Source of the DNA: Pocillopora verrucosa
Lineage: Eukaryota
Assembly (NCBI RefSeq): GCF_036669915.1
Contig: NC_089313.1
Coordinates: forward strand, 5,241,331-5,305,330
Direction of reading: 5' to 3'
Length of the DNA stretch: 64,000 bases
The notes below the pieces were generated by a model. It had not been told where the DNA came from. It saw only the letters and a list, made by a program, of their open reading frames with translations, and searched no databases. This document shows positions 13,971-26,625 of the stretch, piece by piece. Made by a program: the position numbers and the translations under genes. Numbering within the stretch: position 1 is the first letter of the stretch; each line of letters starts with the position of its first letter.

Positions 13971-14189
13971 GACTGATCCCTAAATATTCTCTTATTTTAA
14001 GCTCTAGCCAATTTTAAACTGATTTCCCAAACACAGACCGTCCCTAATCTCGGTAACTTCGCTAAATACTTACGTAAGGAGCAGCAAGTGAACCAGCGCT
14101 TTGCATTGTGGATAAGATCTACTCACGCAAAGATACTGGAACCCAGTTCCGCCCCACCCTCGCCTGGTTATCTAAGGAATATACCACTC

Positions 14190-14400
14190 GGTGAAAAGTG
14201 CTTATCGCGCGCGCTTATTGGCTAATTTGGAAGCGAATAGCAAGTACTATTCACCTACACTTCGATGAATAATTAATAATTTGTATATACTAAAACGGAA
14301 AATAGCGTTGAACGCGCGCTCCGATTGGCTACTCAAACTCCTAATGTCCTTTGCTATTCACCTCTGAGCAACGCGCACCGGATTTCCGCCCGGAAATGTT
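14190..14400 (-). promoter_or_regulatory. POR: POR core/proximal promoter region: two copies of a roughly 55-bp CCAAT-box module plus a palindromic TTTCCGCCCGGAAA element
   Basis: gcgcgcgcttATTGGctaatttggaagcgaatagcaagtactattcacc (about 14204-14260) and gcgcgctccgATTGGctactcaaactcctaatgtcctttgctattcacc (about 14318-14372) share an inverted CCAAT (NF-Y-type) core and a gctattcacc tail. The CpG-rich 5' flank of POR exon 1 (14100-14400) contains atttccgcccggaaat at about 14376-14391, a perfect 7-bp inverted repeat resembling E2F/ETS sites. Confidence 0.4.
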
Positions 14401-17374
14401 GTAATCGTTGCAGGAATAAATAAGTGAAATCATCTTTTTGTATTGAAAAAAACTCACTGTTTTAGCATAAAAAAACCGTGACAACTATTCGCGCCTCGGT
14501 AGATATCCACCACTGACCACCTCCACTTCGGGTGAATAGTTGTTAATAGAGAAGGAATGAATACCGCCACGATTTAAGCTTCATTAAAATAAACTATTGA
14601 ACTTATCTTTAAAGGCTATGTTATTAACAAAACTGCGTCCTGCTGTCGGAGACTTTGATTCGTGCGTGATACATATCAGATGATGAGTGTGAACATTATG
14701 TCAAGAGGTAGAAGCACCGCCTTAAGTGATTTTGGAACATTGATCGGTTTACATGATCAAAGCAACCTTGAATGACCTTTTAAATCAGTACTTATCAACA
14801 ACCAATCACAATGTAGAGAATATCTTATAAGAGAGTGATTTCTTACAAATTTAGCAGTGTAGCTTTTTACACACCCGTCGTACAGAAGCGAATACGAGAG
14901 TGGAATAAAACAGTTTGATTGAGTCTAGTTCGTTAGAATTCTATCACTAGTAAACAGGGTTAAGTTTATGAAACTGCTTACACAACAAAAAAAAAACGCG
15001 CTATCTGTGAATTTCGGCTCCAAATAACAGACAACCTCACAATTATAAGGTGTTAAAAAGAAAGAAAAGAGGACACTTGCGTTTTAGTCTAAAAGTATTG
15101 AGTAAAACAAAGCCTGAATAGAAGACTGCTATGGAGACAGGTAACTGTTGGGAAATAGTTATATGACTAGCGAGGAGTAAAATACCGAACGCCCAGAAAC
15201 GAGATGCAGTGAACATTGTAAACATTATATTTGTTTGTTTCAGAGGCTACGTCTTTCTAAAAGGAGGAGTCACACCGTGAGTACCGACCTGACCGTTATG
15301 TTGACATCCATGCTGCGTATTTCTTAAATTAACCTTTTCCCAGAAGAGCACTGAGAGATGCATGCTGTGTAAGTTATTCAGATTCGCACTATTTCGCCAC
15401 CTGGCCCTGGTTGCTCAAAGGGTGGATAACGCTTATCCACTGGATAAACCTCTATCTGTTAGTTAGCGCATTACACTTTGCTAACACTCATCCGCTGGAT
15501 AGCGATTTATCCAATGGATGGTGTTATCGTTAGCGTTAGCTTTGGGTGTTTAACATTATGTGATTAGTGTTAGCGCTAGTTGAACAACTGAGCCCTGAAT
15601 TGTTGAGCTGGTAGGGGGAGGGTAGTCTTGAACACTTCAGTATACACTCCAGTAACGCCCTTAAGTTTGTGACCTTTTTATGCAAAGGAAGAGGAAACAG
15701 AGAGGAAGGTTCGCGGTCTGGGCCTTGAGACATCTAAACCGAAGTGGGCTCTTTACGCCCTAATATCAGTAGGCATATTCTCCATACTGTTCTCTACACA
15801 TTTCTTGAGGTGCTGACGAGAAGAATTTGTTTAACAGTCAAGAGCTCTTTTAGTTGGTGATCATTTTTTTTTATTCTCGTGACCTTAATCTGTGTTTCAG
15901 GGGTAACACTGTAAGGAGAAATTAGATGCTAATCACTCTAACCTGTCAAAGGGTTAAGTTCCTTGCGGATACTACCTCGAACTGACATCTACTTTCCGTG
16001 ACGTCCACATGAAGGTTAACGTAAAGACGATGTTCAAATTGAAAGCAATGTGACGGAGAAGAGCGAGCAGGTAATTCAATTTCGATGAAAAACCACTTCG
16101 AAAGAGAAGGAAATTGTATTTCTTGAGCAATAATTTACTGCCGCAGGCGATTTCTATTCAAACTTAGCTTGCCACAATAAACAGAGCCGTCGTATAATTT
16201 TTTAGCTAACACGCATAGTGTTGCTCTCTGTCCCTTATTTCCTCTCAATTACTTTTCAACCCTTTACATTTTGACATAAGCATATATATTCTCTAAACTG
16301 TTCTCTATATATTCACTATGGGAATAGCAAGAAGAATTTGTTGAACAATCAAGAACTTTTTTAAATGGCGATCATTTCCTTTAGTCTCGTGACCGTCATG
16401 TTTGATTCAAAAGAGATACTGTGAGGAGACATTGGATACCAATCACTCGGTGTGAAAGAGTTAATTAAAGAGTGAAAGGGTTTATCACGTCTTAAGTTTA
16501 ATTTACTCTTCTAGCTTAGTTTAGACCGACAGCTAACTGAAACATTAACAAATTTGTCATCACAGTCAAACGGGAGAATTGAAAGGGACTCCTGCCCTTC
16601 TAGTAAAAGTTTATCGGATTGGTTGGAACCCAGATCTTCTGCGTGAAATACAACTGGTTTCCTTTGGTTAAGCACCATAGTCTTCATTCGGTAAATGTTT
16701 CCTGAAATAATGAAGCCTTTGAATGTTGTCGGCGACATCGTTTTCCAGATTTTTATTGGCCTTTTGCAGTTGTTGATAAAACTGACGCTTACACAGCTCA
16801 CTAAGAAAGAGTTAGGAAAACAAAAACGTAAGTGAATGACAGTTTATATGCGCAGAACAGATAACATTTCATGTCAGATGCGCACACAAGCTGAACAAGT
16901 TTCTATTCTACATTAGGGCACCCTGACTACTCCACTTTAAAATCACTGCTGATCCTTGCGATCAGATTGGCCCTCAGCAGTGCGATTTATTCATAAATCG
17001 AAATCCTTTTTTTGCACTAAATCGCACCTTTTTCATATTGAAATTCTGCTCAGTTCAGTATACATCAAATTTCCTTCGACGTATGATAAATGAAATGAAC
17101 GATCGACCTTTATGTACCCGGACTTGCTACTTACTTGCCACAAACGAAATAGACCCTTTACAAATGTTATTAAAAAACAGTACGGAATGAACAGTTTAGA
17201 CCCATTGGATCATCGCAAATTACCCTTATTTCACAAATCTTCTAGATAGGGTTAATGCTCAAAGAAGTGTTAGAAGTGAATAATGTTTCTACAACGTGAA
17301 TGAAAGCCCTAAGGGAATCTTAAGATAACTCAACCCTGCCATCCCACAACTTGAGATTTGAACGCCTCTTCCCC

Positions 17375-17515
17375 TACTTAATGAAAGTATTGCGTGACAT
17401 GCTAAAGATCCAAGACCTATCTCTCCCAAATGACGAGAGCGTTGTGTGATATCCTAAAGAAACGAGAGCTAAATCTCCCAATTTATGAGAGTGTTGCTTG
17501 ACATCCGGCGCTGGA
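17375..17515. repeat. Minisatellite: about 48-bp unit x3 (tctccc..a.t.atgagagtgttg.gtgacat.ctaaagaaacgagagctaaa)
   Basis: Three consecutive diverged units visible by eye. Confidence 0.5.
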
Positions 17516-18589
17516 ATGGAGACTACTAGATTCGTGGACTATTCCTAAGAATTTGTCGTTATATCTGGACCGGATATGATGCCAATACTAAGCCCCAGTT
17601 GATATTGCCAGAATCTCTCTTGCTCTGATTGATAGTATATAAAAATTGCCAGGAGAATTTACGTACTGAACACTCGTGGGAGTCGAAGAGTCGAACCACG
17701 GAAACGTCAGACCCCACTTAAGACCCTTTTGAACCACTTTAACCAAACCCAAGTCTATGGCGGAACAGTTAAACCTAATATTTTAGTTTGTCAATTCTCT
17801 AACAAGAGTAAAAATCAAAGCAATAGGAAGAAACGACCGAAATTAATTTCAAAATCTTACCAGATTGAGAGTCCTCCAGTTTTCTCGCTCCATCAGGTAA
17901 TGGCAGAGAATTTAGTCTCAAAACACAATACGCCACCAGCACAAAAAATAGTTTCCACTGCGCCTTGGAGTAGAACACGACTAACATAGCAACGTAATGG
18001 GTCGCCATGTTTCCATGCCAGTTAATGGTAAAAACTTTGAAGGTTTCTTGCTGTTTTACGACATTTATTTTGTTGACTTAACTGGTTACATGTTAGTTCT
18101 TAAACACTTCAGTTGTTAGAATCAATATTCCACTAGGTCACTTGAGTGGCACCTGCAGACAAAGGACAATGCACGCTATTTATTGACATAAAAGTCAATT
18201 ATTCATTAGACTTGTAACCCCTTCAGCAAGTAAAAACCTAGCCTTTCGTAGGCTCTCATTTTTACTGCTGCAGGACGCGCGTTTTTCCGCCCGCGGGAAG
18301 ATTTGAGACGAGTTTGGGAGAGGTTTGCCGGGGGTCTGGCACTGATAATCAGTGCTTACCAGGTTCTCACAAGAAAAAAAGGAAAGATCAACATGTGCCG
18401 TTCTCTTTGTTATAAAAGCTTTACTTTTTTTTTATCCAAACCAATATGTGGAAATCGTCTCTAGCTTGCTTACAGTCACATCAGCAATCTGCTGAGGGCG
18501 TTGCTCTCGCCCTGTTCACTCTTGCTCATGCCCCTCAACATCTCGCCCCTCCACATCCCTCACGCACTACTTACACCTGTCGTTGTTGT

Positions 18590-18712
18590 TATCGCTGTTG
18601 TTGTTGTTGTTTGTTTGTTTGTTTGTTTTTTTATAGAGGGCACCTATGGAATACAAAGGGGACTTATCAGATAGGGTTTGCAGTGGACTTATCAGATAGG
18701 GTTTGCTATTTA
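18590..18712. repeat. Compound microsatellite (GTT)n/(GTTT)n followed by a 26-bp tandem duplication (gacttatcagatagggtttgc x2)
   Basis: gttgttgttatcgctgttgttgttgttgtttgtttgtttgtttgtttttt at 18590-18642; two copies of ggacttatcagatagggtttgc at 18660-18710. Confidence 0.7.
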
Positions 18713-19466
18713 TCGATTTATGTAACAGTCAAGGAAGATGCATGCAGTTAAGGTAAAATAGATTAACTATTTCAGCCAAACCACCATTGAATTCTTACGG
18801 TGATTTCAAATCTCCAGATACGTGGATAAATCGTCTTGCAAGTGCTGCAAGTATGTGCAGAAGCCTATTGCGCAACGTTGATTGAATACTTGTACAACTT
18901 GTAGACTGTTACATAACAACTCCTTCCTTCTTCGGGCTTTTCGTTTACCCGTTACACTACCACTTGATCGGAGAAAACTCTTCAGCTGCGAAAGCGCCAG
19001 GTCTTCTCTTACCTGAAAAAAATTTTTTTTCGTCCTGTGTTTTGTGTTTTATCATCATCTGTCTACAAGACTTTGTTTAAAACTTTAAGGAGAATTTTAG
19101 TACTGATCACCCACTGTTCTGCTTCTCAGCTGAGCCCGCTCTGCGATCGTAGTATTTTCGGTATGCGGTATCCGACAAAGGGGACAGCCTCAAAATCAAT
19201 ATTATTTTTAAATTTCTTGAATTTCGAAATGACTTCCGACTGAAAAGGAAGTTTTTCCTGTTTGAGTCTTTTTTGTTCTTCGCAAAAACGAAGTGTAGTC
19301 TACATTGATATCTACTGATAAGGCGTTCGCCCGATACATATGCTTCAAAATTTTGCACCTTTGTGTAGCGTCTGGTGAACCTCACGGAGGAAATGACTTG
19401 GCACGAATGACGGTAACATTATTGCAATTGTAATGGACTTTGTTCCTGTATTTCTTCGTTGGAATA

Positions 19467-22400
19467 ATGGAATATTATGAACCACAAAATATTCAGCTGA
19501 ATGGTTTTACGCCTATCAATCCAGACGAGAATTTAACTGCAGGTCCATCTGTCGACCGGTACGGTTTTGTCGGAGATCACAAACAAGCCTCGTAAGTCTA
19601 CCTGTGTTTAATTTATGTTGATGTAGTTCAAAATAACTTTCTGCAGTCGAAAGAGCTTACATGGGTGGAACGTAAGGCTTGGTAAGTGTGTAATAGCTCT
19701 TTTGTATGGTGATTTCTGTCAGTCGACTGCAATCTTGTTAAACGTACGAATATTCAAAATAAGTCAGGGGGCATTTAGAGCAGGGGGGGGGGGTGAGTAG
19801 GGACACAATCGAAATTATACGGCTGTAATAAAGATTTTGTTAATTAAAATTAAGTTAGATAACGGTGGGAGCTTTTTAAACCAAGACTGTGCCTTTTACA
19901 TATTTGCCTAAGCTCTAAGCTATGTTAGCATGTAGAGTGGTATGTTGCTTGCACCAATTGGATCACTGCATTAGGGTATGTATCTCACACTAATCATATC
20001 ACAGCATTTGGATATCTTGCACCAATCACTGCATCAAGGGTATGTATCTGGCACCAATCATATCACAGCACTTGGATATCTTGCACCAATTAGAGTGTTT
20101 GGGTATTGTTTTCTCGGAAATGGAATGGAATCAGGGGGCTATGCACAAAGAATGACATTATCCATACATTTTGGCTCATTTGATGAGTATAATGGTTTGT
20201 GGCCTACATGAGAGTGTTGTTATTCGATGTCGAGAATTATTGGGGTATGAAAGGTTCGCATTTAACCTTTTTGTACCATTTTTAAGTTAAAACATGTTTT
20301 TTCCATTCCTTTACTCACAACTCGCCCTCCAAACAGCTTACATTCCATCACGTACCAAGAAAACAACTTCCAAAGTCCAATCTGAACATACCCAATCATT
20401 GCATTACATAAACATTAGGCAATTCTTCACATGCCTGAACTGTATTCCATCAATCAAATTCAATTTTGCCAAATAAGACTTCTCTCCATTATGTGTCATT
20501 TCCTCGTGAACAACCTGCATTTAATCACGTATCCTAACCACTTTGTCTAACCCTACTGAAAAAAATCCTCATGAAACCAAATACTACTAATAGTGAATTT
20601 TCCACTCAATTCTCCCGTGCTTTGAGTTTTTCTAAAAATAAAATTGGCTTTCAGCTTTCTTGGACTTAATCCAATAACATGTTAATTCCTCATAAAAAAC
20701 CTGCATTTTATCATGTATTTCACACATAGAGGGTATAGTCCAGATAGGCAGCAACCAATCAAGGAGCCCTCTTTGAAATATTATCCTTTTGTCGTATTCA
20801 ATGTAACTTCACTTATTCAAGATCACAATATATCTTTGGTTAAGGTCTATTGGAGATACAACAGAGTTTCAGTTTGCTTTTCTTAATAAAATTACATGGA
20901 ATTATATTTTTGAGGCAACTAACTGTAGACAAATAAATTTATTTTCTCTCTGTTAGAGGAAGGGTAGAAAACATACTCCCTTTTGCAACCGTTGTTTGGT
21001 CTTATCAAGCAATGCGCTCTCTCTCCAGTGGGGAATAGATGGCATTGTGCGATGAGACCAAACAACAGTTGGGAAGGAGACAACATTAAGTGTGGCACTG
21101 ATTCATTTTGTTTTTGCTTGGAAGTATTAAGACAATAGCGACAATAGACCACAAAATACCTTTGCAAGTTCAGATAAATTAGGTTTTTCTTTCTTTCTCT
21201 AAAGGTGAAGTAATGCGATATTTTCATCCATTTGAAAGTAATGTTCTTTTTCTGTTACAAAAATGAAAACATTATGTACACAAAGTGCCCCATTATAACT
21301 TGCCCAGCCGAAAAAATAACTCTTGCATGCTATGCATGCCTATTTTTTTTTAAAGTTGGCAACCTAAAACCACAAAATGGTCACCAAAATAAGATTTTGG
21401 CTGTCATGAAGAAAGGTAAAAAAGGAAACATGAAGAGGAGATGGAAGTGCCATATTACATAATTTTTTATGTGATGTTTATCCCACCTTTTCTTCCCAAA
21501 ATAGTGGCCAAAAATAAAATTCTAGCTGGCACAAGGAAAGAAAAGATGTACCTTTAAAGAGAATATGGAAGTGCTTTGTTACATCATTTTTTAATGTGAT
21601 GTGTAATCCACCTTTTCTTTTTCAGAAACAGCAAAACTAGTTTACCCATTGAAGTTATAAGACAACGAGAGTTGAAATGGGTGCACATGTTTGATGACTG
21701 GGATAAATGGATGACCAAAAAGTCCTCAAAGGTCAGTTTGAACTGAGGGGAGTGCAATTTGGTTTGAAATAATATGCATGATTTCAAAATAAAACACATG
21801 CACATTTGTGTATTTGTTTTGAAATTTCAAATTTAATTTCCAACAAGTCTCTTCACAAGACATAAGATATTGAGAAATTGTCAGGTTTTTTGGTTTTTTC
21901 AAGAAAATGATTAGGAGCACGAAGCTGAGTTTACTTTGATGTACTTTATAATCATGCAACTAGGTGAAGGAAAGATGCCGCAAAGGTATTCCTTCGTCAG
22001 TTCGTGGGAGGGCTTGGCAGCACTTATCAGGCAGTGCCGATCTAAAGAAGGAAAATGAAGGAAGGTTCCAAGTATGTTGGAAGGAAACTGCCATATATAT
22101 TTTAGTCTCTCTATTTTTTAATTTAAATGTTGCTTTCTAGTAGAACTTTATAAGCCACCTTTTTGTAATTAAAGATGGCTTTGAAGCTTGTAGTGGCCAG
22201 ATGGTTAGTGTGCTGGACTCTGGGTATAGAGGTTATAGTTTAAGACCTTGCTTGGTCATTGTGTTGTATTCTTGGGCAAAACACTTAAATTTAACAATGC
22301 CTCTCTCCACTCAGGAGTATAAATGGATACTTGCAAATTATCAGGGAAGCCTGATGAAATGCTAGGGGTGACCATGTGATGGACTGGCATCCAATTTAGG

Positions 22401-25400
22401 AGAGAGTAACAATAGTCTAAGTTGCTTCATGCCATGGAAGCTGGGATGAAGCCACTTAGCTTGAGTACAGACTTGCACCAATTAGAGTGTTTGGGTATTG
22501 TTAAGAAGGCAAATGTGTCAGAAGGTAGAAGTGTTTACATGAAACTCAGATGTCAAATATCTTGTAAAAAATTTGTATTCAGATAAATGAATGAGTTGCA
22601 AACTCTCATAACTAACAAACAGCATTCTTGTAGAATCTTATATTTTTGTATATACAGGTATTTGTTTGTAAATTCTCTCTTACTGGTCCAGATGGCTTCA
22701 AAAAATTGGTCATCAATCACACCATTTCTATTTGTTAGGATTATCTGTAGGGCAGCACAGTGTAGAAATCATGCTATCTTGCAATAAAAGTTTGTTTATG
22801 AAATGGTCAAATTAGATATGAGAATTAAAATATTTTGACTTATTCTAGGAACTAGTTATGAAAGAATCCTCACAATGGCAGGATGTGATTACTAAAGATC
22901 TAAGCAGAACCTTCCCATTTCATGAGATGTTTTGTGAAAAGGATGGGTTGGGGCAAAAGGATTTATTCGACATCTTGAAAGCTTATGCAGAATATGACAC
23001 AGAGACAGGATACTGTCAGGTAGAATTAATAGTCTTGTTTTTTTTTCAACTTCCTGTGGTGAAATTTAAGCATGATTTTTAAACCTGATGAATTATTCAT
23101 CTGCTGTGTTTTGCACAGGCAATGGCTCCAGTTGCAGCAGTGCTTTTAATGCACATGACAGCAGAGGTGAGCCATGAGTTTAAACAATTCTGCATTTAGT
23201 TACTATATTAATTTTATAAAATGGGTTAAGTAAAAAATTGAGGCAGGAGTCTTGTGGGAATTTTCTAACAATCAATAGTTTCTTTAGTTGGTGATCATTT
23301 AAACTTTTGTTAACATTTTGACCTATGAAACTTAACCTCTCACCTCTACCCTACAGGAAGCCTTCTGGTGTTTGGTTAAAATTTGTGAAAGCTACATTCC
23401 TGGATACTACAAGCCCAAATTAGTAAGTCAAAACAAATCACTTTAAAATATCATCAATTGACTTTTGAGTTAAAGGCTTTCAGTGAAAAGGGAGACATCC
23501 TAAGGAGCTAATGAGAACTCAAATTGAAAATAAGCAAACTGCATAAAGCACATGATAAGGTTTTTTATCTACTTGATCAAAAGGAGAGGGGAAGGGGGGT
23601 GTAAGTGTTATCCAGACCTATCACAAAGGAAAGTTAGGAAAAATCAATGCAATCTAGGATTACTTTCAGCTCTCAATTGAAATTGCTCCAACAACATCTA
23701 AATAGTTATTTTCACTGAAATGCAGGAAGCTGTTAAATTGGACGGGGCCATCTTTGGTGGTCTGTTGGAAAAAACTGCACCTCATATTGCGAAACATATG
23801 GTAGGTATTTTACATTCAATTTGTTATATTAATGACAATTTGTCACATTAATGACAATTTGTCACATTCAATATTTTTAAGCATGAATTATACGTAGGCC
23901 AGAAATAATGTGAGTGAAAGGAAGGAACTCATCATCTTTGGATGTGACTTTGACCAAGTTCTATTTGTTAAAAGAATAGAAAAGCCAAAAAGAACATGCC
24001 AAGCTTCAGAAGATACTATGTTTGCTTTATTTATTGATTGTGCTTATTACAAAATCCTAACCATGCACACACATTTTTTATCTTTCAGGAAAAACACCAC
24101 ATAGACCCTTTGATGTACATGACAGAATGGTTTATGTGTCTCTTGGCTAGGTGAGAGTCGTTAACTCTCAAGATCTGATTGTTCGTTCTCTCCTGTAGCT
24201 GCTACAGATTTCCTTGTAAATTAGGTATAAGAATTTGTTGTTAAGTCAAGATAACAACTTCTACCTGATAAGTTTGAGTATTCCCATACCTGTTTGATGG
24301 ATAAGGTATGAGAATTATAGGGAGAAGTTGCATGTTAATCACCTCTGGAAGTTAAAAGGGAGTCTTCTTAGTCCAAGGTCTGTTCAATCTATATTTGAAT
24401 TATTTTCCAGGAACCTCCCATTTGCCACTGTACTTCGAGTATGGGACATGTTTTTTTGTGAAGGTTTGTGTTCTCGATCTCTGAGTTTTGTTTCACTTGT
24501 TAGCTTTCTTTTGAATTAACTGGTTTACAGATGAGATTGATGAAGTGAGGGCCTTTGGCTATATGATTTGATTATGTCCTTATTGTTTCATTTTGCTTGA
24601 TGATAAGGGAGGTGGGCTCCATGTCCATGTTGGGATGTGGAGTACTTTTAATGCAGGAATGTATGCATTTCAATAAATTTAGTAACACAGAATTCAAACA
24701 AACAGCTAAAACAAACTTAATTTAAGGAGGGTAACACACAACTGTAATTCAACTGATATAGTAGTGGCCCTCAATCCTAAAAGTACAATAATTAGAATTA
24801 AATGTATTTGAGGATAATAAAACTGGTTGACAGGTCTATAAGACTATAAGCTAAAAACTAGATAAAATGAAATATGCCACTTGGGTCAGGTTAAATCGCA
24901 TTTGGACTGAAATGTTCTACTTCATCATAGCTTGTTAAAAAATATTTGTCAAGGGCCTCTCTGAAAGAAGCAACTGTTGTTGCCTTTGTCTTTTGGTTAA
25001 TGTGTAGTTGGTTCCACAATCTTGTCGCAGATAAGCTAAAGGTCCTCCCATCCTCAGTTTCATGATTGAAATGAGGGTAGGCAAGATTTAGTTTACTGTA
25101 ACGATCAGTTCATGTGTGTAGGTCTGCATTCACAATTCTTTTTCAATGGAAACAAGGGTGAATTTCTCAGCTTAATTGATATTTGGATTGAATATGGAGT
25201 TGTCATAGCTTGGCATTTTTTTTCATTATTTAGTTAAGGTAGTCAAATTTAATTTGAGAAGAATTAAAGTGAAAACTGTATTCTATTTTATTCTTTCCTT
25301 TAGGACCAAAAGTGCTCTTCAGAACTACTCTGGCAATGATGAAATCAGCACTTACGCCTAGAGATCTTCAGCGTTGTCCAGGGTAAGATGAAAAACCATG

Positions 25401-26625
25401 TTGCTGCATGATGCAAGGGGAGATGAAAAGTGGATGTTTCTGTGTTTTATTGGCCATTGAAAACTGATTCATGCATATAATTTGTACATAATCTAAATTG
25501 AATCTAAGTTTAACACCGCAATGCAAAAGATCTTTTTTTGCATAAAACAGAACCTGCAAACAGGTTTCATGATAAAGATGACTATTCAAAATAAAGATTT
25601 CAAAGCTAGTGTAGTGGTTAGTTTCCTTGTTGTCTGGTCTCTTTTGGTGATCAGTAAATAACTGTCAACAGGCTCTTTGAGACAAACCAAAGGCTCAGGA
25701 ACTTACCAAAGAACTTAATGCAAGAAGATTCCCTGATACCAGTGGTAAGGCAACTGAAAGACCAGTTAATTTTGTACACCTGTAATTTTACAATCCTTTT
25801 TTTAACTTGGCAACTTACCTGCAAGTGAAGACACAATACAAAGAGTATGAGGAGTAACTCTGATATATTAACTGTTTTAATTTGTTGTTTTGATCATTTT
25901 AGATAATAACTGGAATTAGCATTATTGTTTACTTGGCATCACCTCCAATATTTTACTTAAAATGCTTTAAAAGAACCAAGATCAGAAATCACATGTAATT
26001 ACAAAGACTTATTAAGCCACAGTTACACCACTCATACACAAAGCTAAAGGAGCTTGGTTGTCCTGTGCTGTGACCAAGTTGCAATTGGGTTTAGTCTTGA
26101 ATCTGATTGGTTGTTAATGTGGTGCAAATTTTCTGGACCAATCATAAAGCAAAGAAAAGCAAATCAAAAGTAGTTTCTTTTCACATTCAATTGGGAATTG
26201 CTCTGACTAGAGAAACACCAAAATAAAGCAAAAGGGAACCAGGATGATTGAGGATGGATGGAAAAGACTGACATGGTATACAAACAACCTGGTACTTAAC
26301 CCTTTAACTCCCAGAAGTGATTAACATGCAACCTCTCCCCACAATATCCATACCTTATCCAGCAAAGAGATAATGAGAATACTCAAACTTATCAGGTAGA
26401 GGTTGCTGTCTTGATCTAACACCAAATTCTCACATATAATCTACAAGGAAATGTGTAGCAGCTACAGGGGAGAATTAGCAATCAGATTTCAGGAGATAAA
26501 GGGTTAACACTAGGCCAAAATCTAATGCATACTTTTTAACTTTTTACCAGTCTCTTAGTTTGAAGCTCACCAAGAAAGACCTTCAGAGGGAACATACACA
26601 TCAGGCATCTAAAGGACCAAAATGA
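19467..26625 (+). CDS. TBC1D10: TBC-domain Rab GTPase-activating protein of the TBC1D10/EPI64 family; 12 coding exons proposed, about 346 aa
   Basis: Exons: 19467..19591 (ATG; ...[15 protein letters not shown]), 21626..21731 ([24 protein letters not shown]), 21964..22071 ([24 protein letters not shown], with the arginine-finger region), 22849..23019 ([19 protein letters not shown]...[19 protein letters not shown], with the glutamine-finger YCQ), 23119..23166 ([16 protein letters not shown]), 23357..23422 ([18 protein letters not shown]), 23726..23800, 24089..24150 ([17 protein letters not shown]), 24411..24463 ([18 protein letters not shown]), 25304..25382, 25672..25744, and a tentative terminal exon 26551..26625 (stop TGA). 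All junctions are GT-AG with consistent phase through exon 11. The terminal exon is the weak part: an AATAAA sits only 9 nt after its stop (26634-26639), so other C-terminal exons may exist. Confidence 0.8.
26296..26507. mobile_element. Complete piggyBac-like MITE, subfamily A (212 bp, TTAA target-site duplications, TIR TTAACCCTTTAACTCCCAGAAG / ...TTCAGGAGATAAAGGGTTAA)
   Basis: Perfect TTAA at both ends (26296-26299 and 26504-26507); terminal inverted repeats of about 20 bp; AT-rich non-coding interior. Other subfamily-A copies: 4430-4645, 7573-7795, 8826-9040, 12905-13110, 24240-24365 (fragment), 57064-57247. Confidence 0.8.

Noticed and set aside
16511-16801. 96-aa minus-strand ORF in the POR / TBC1D10 intergenic gap
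   Set aside because: No recognisable domain or homology and no clear splice or start context. Left uncalled rather than invented.
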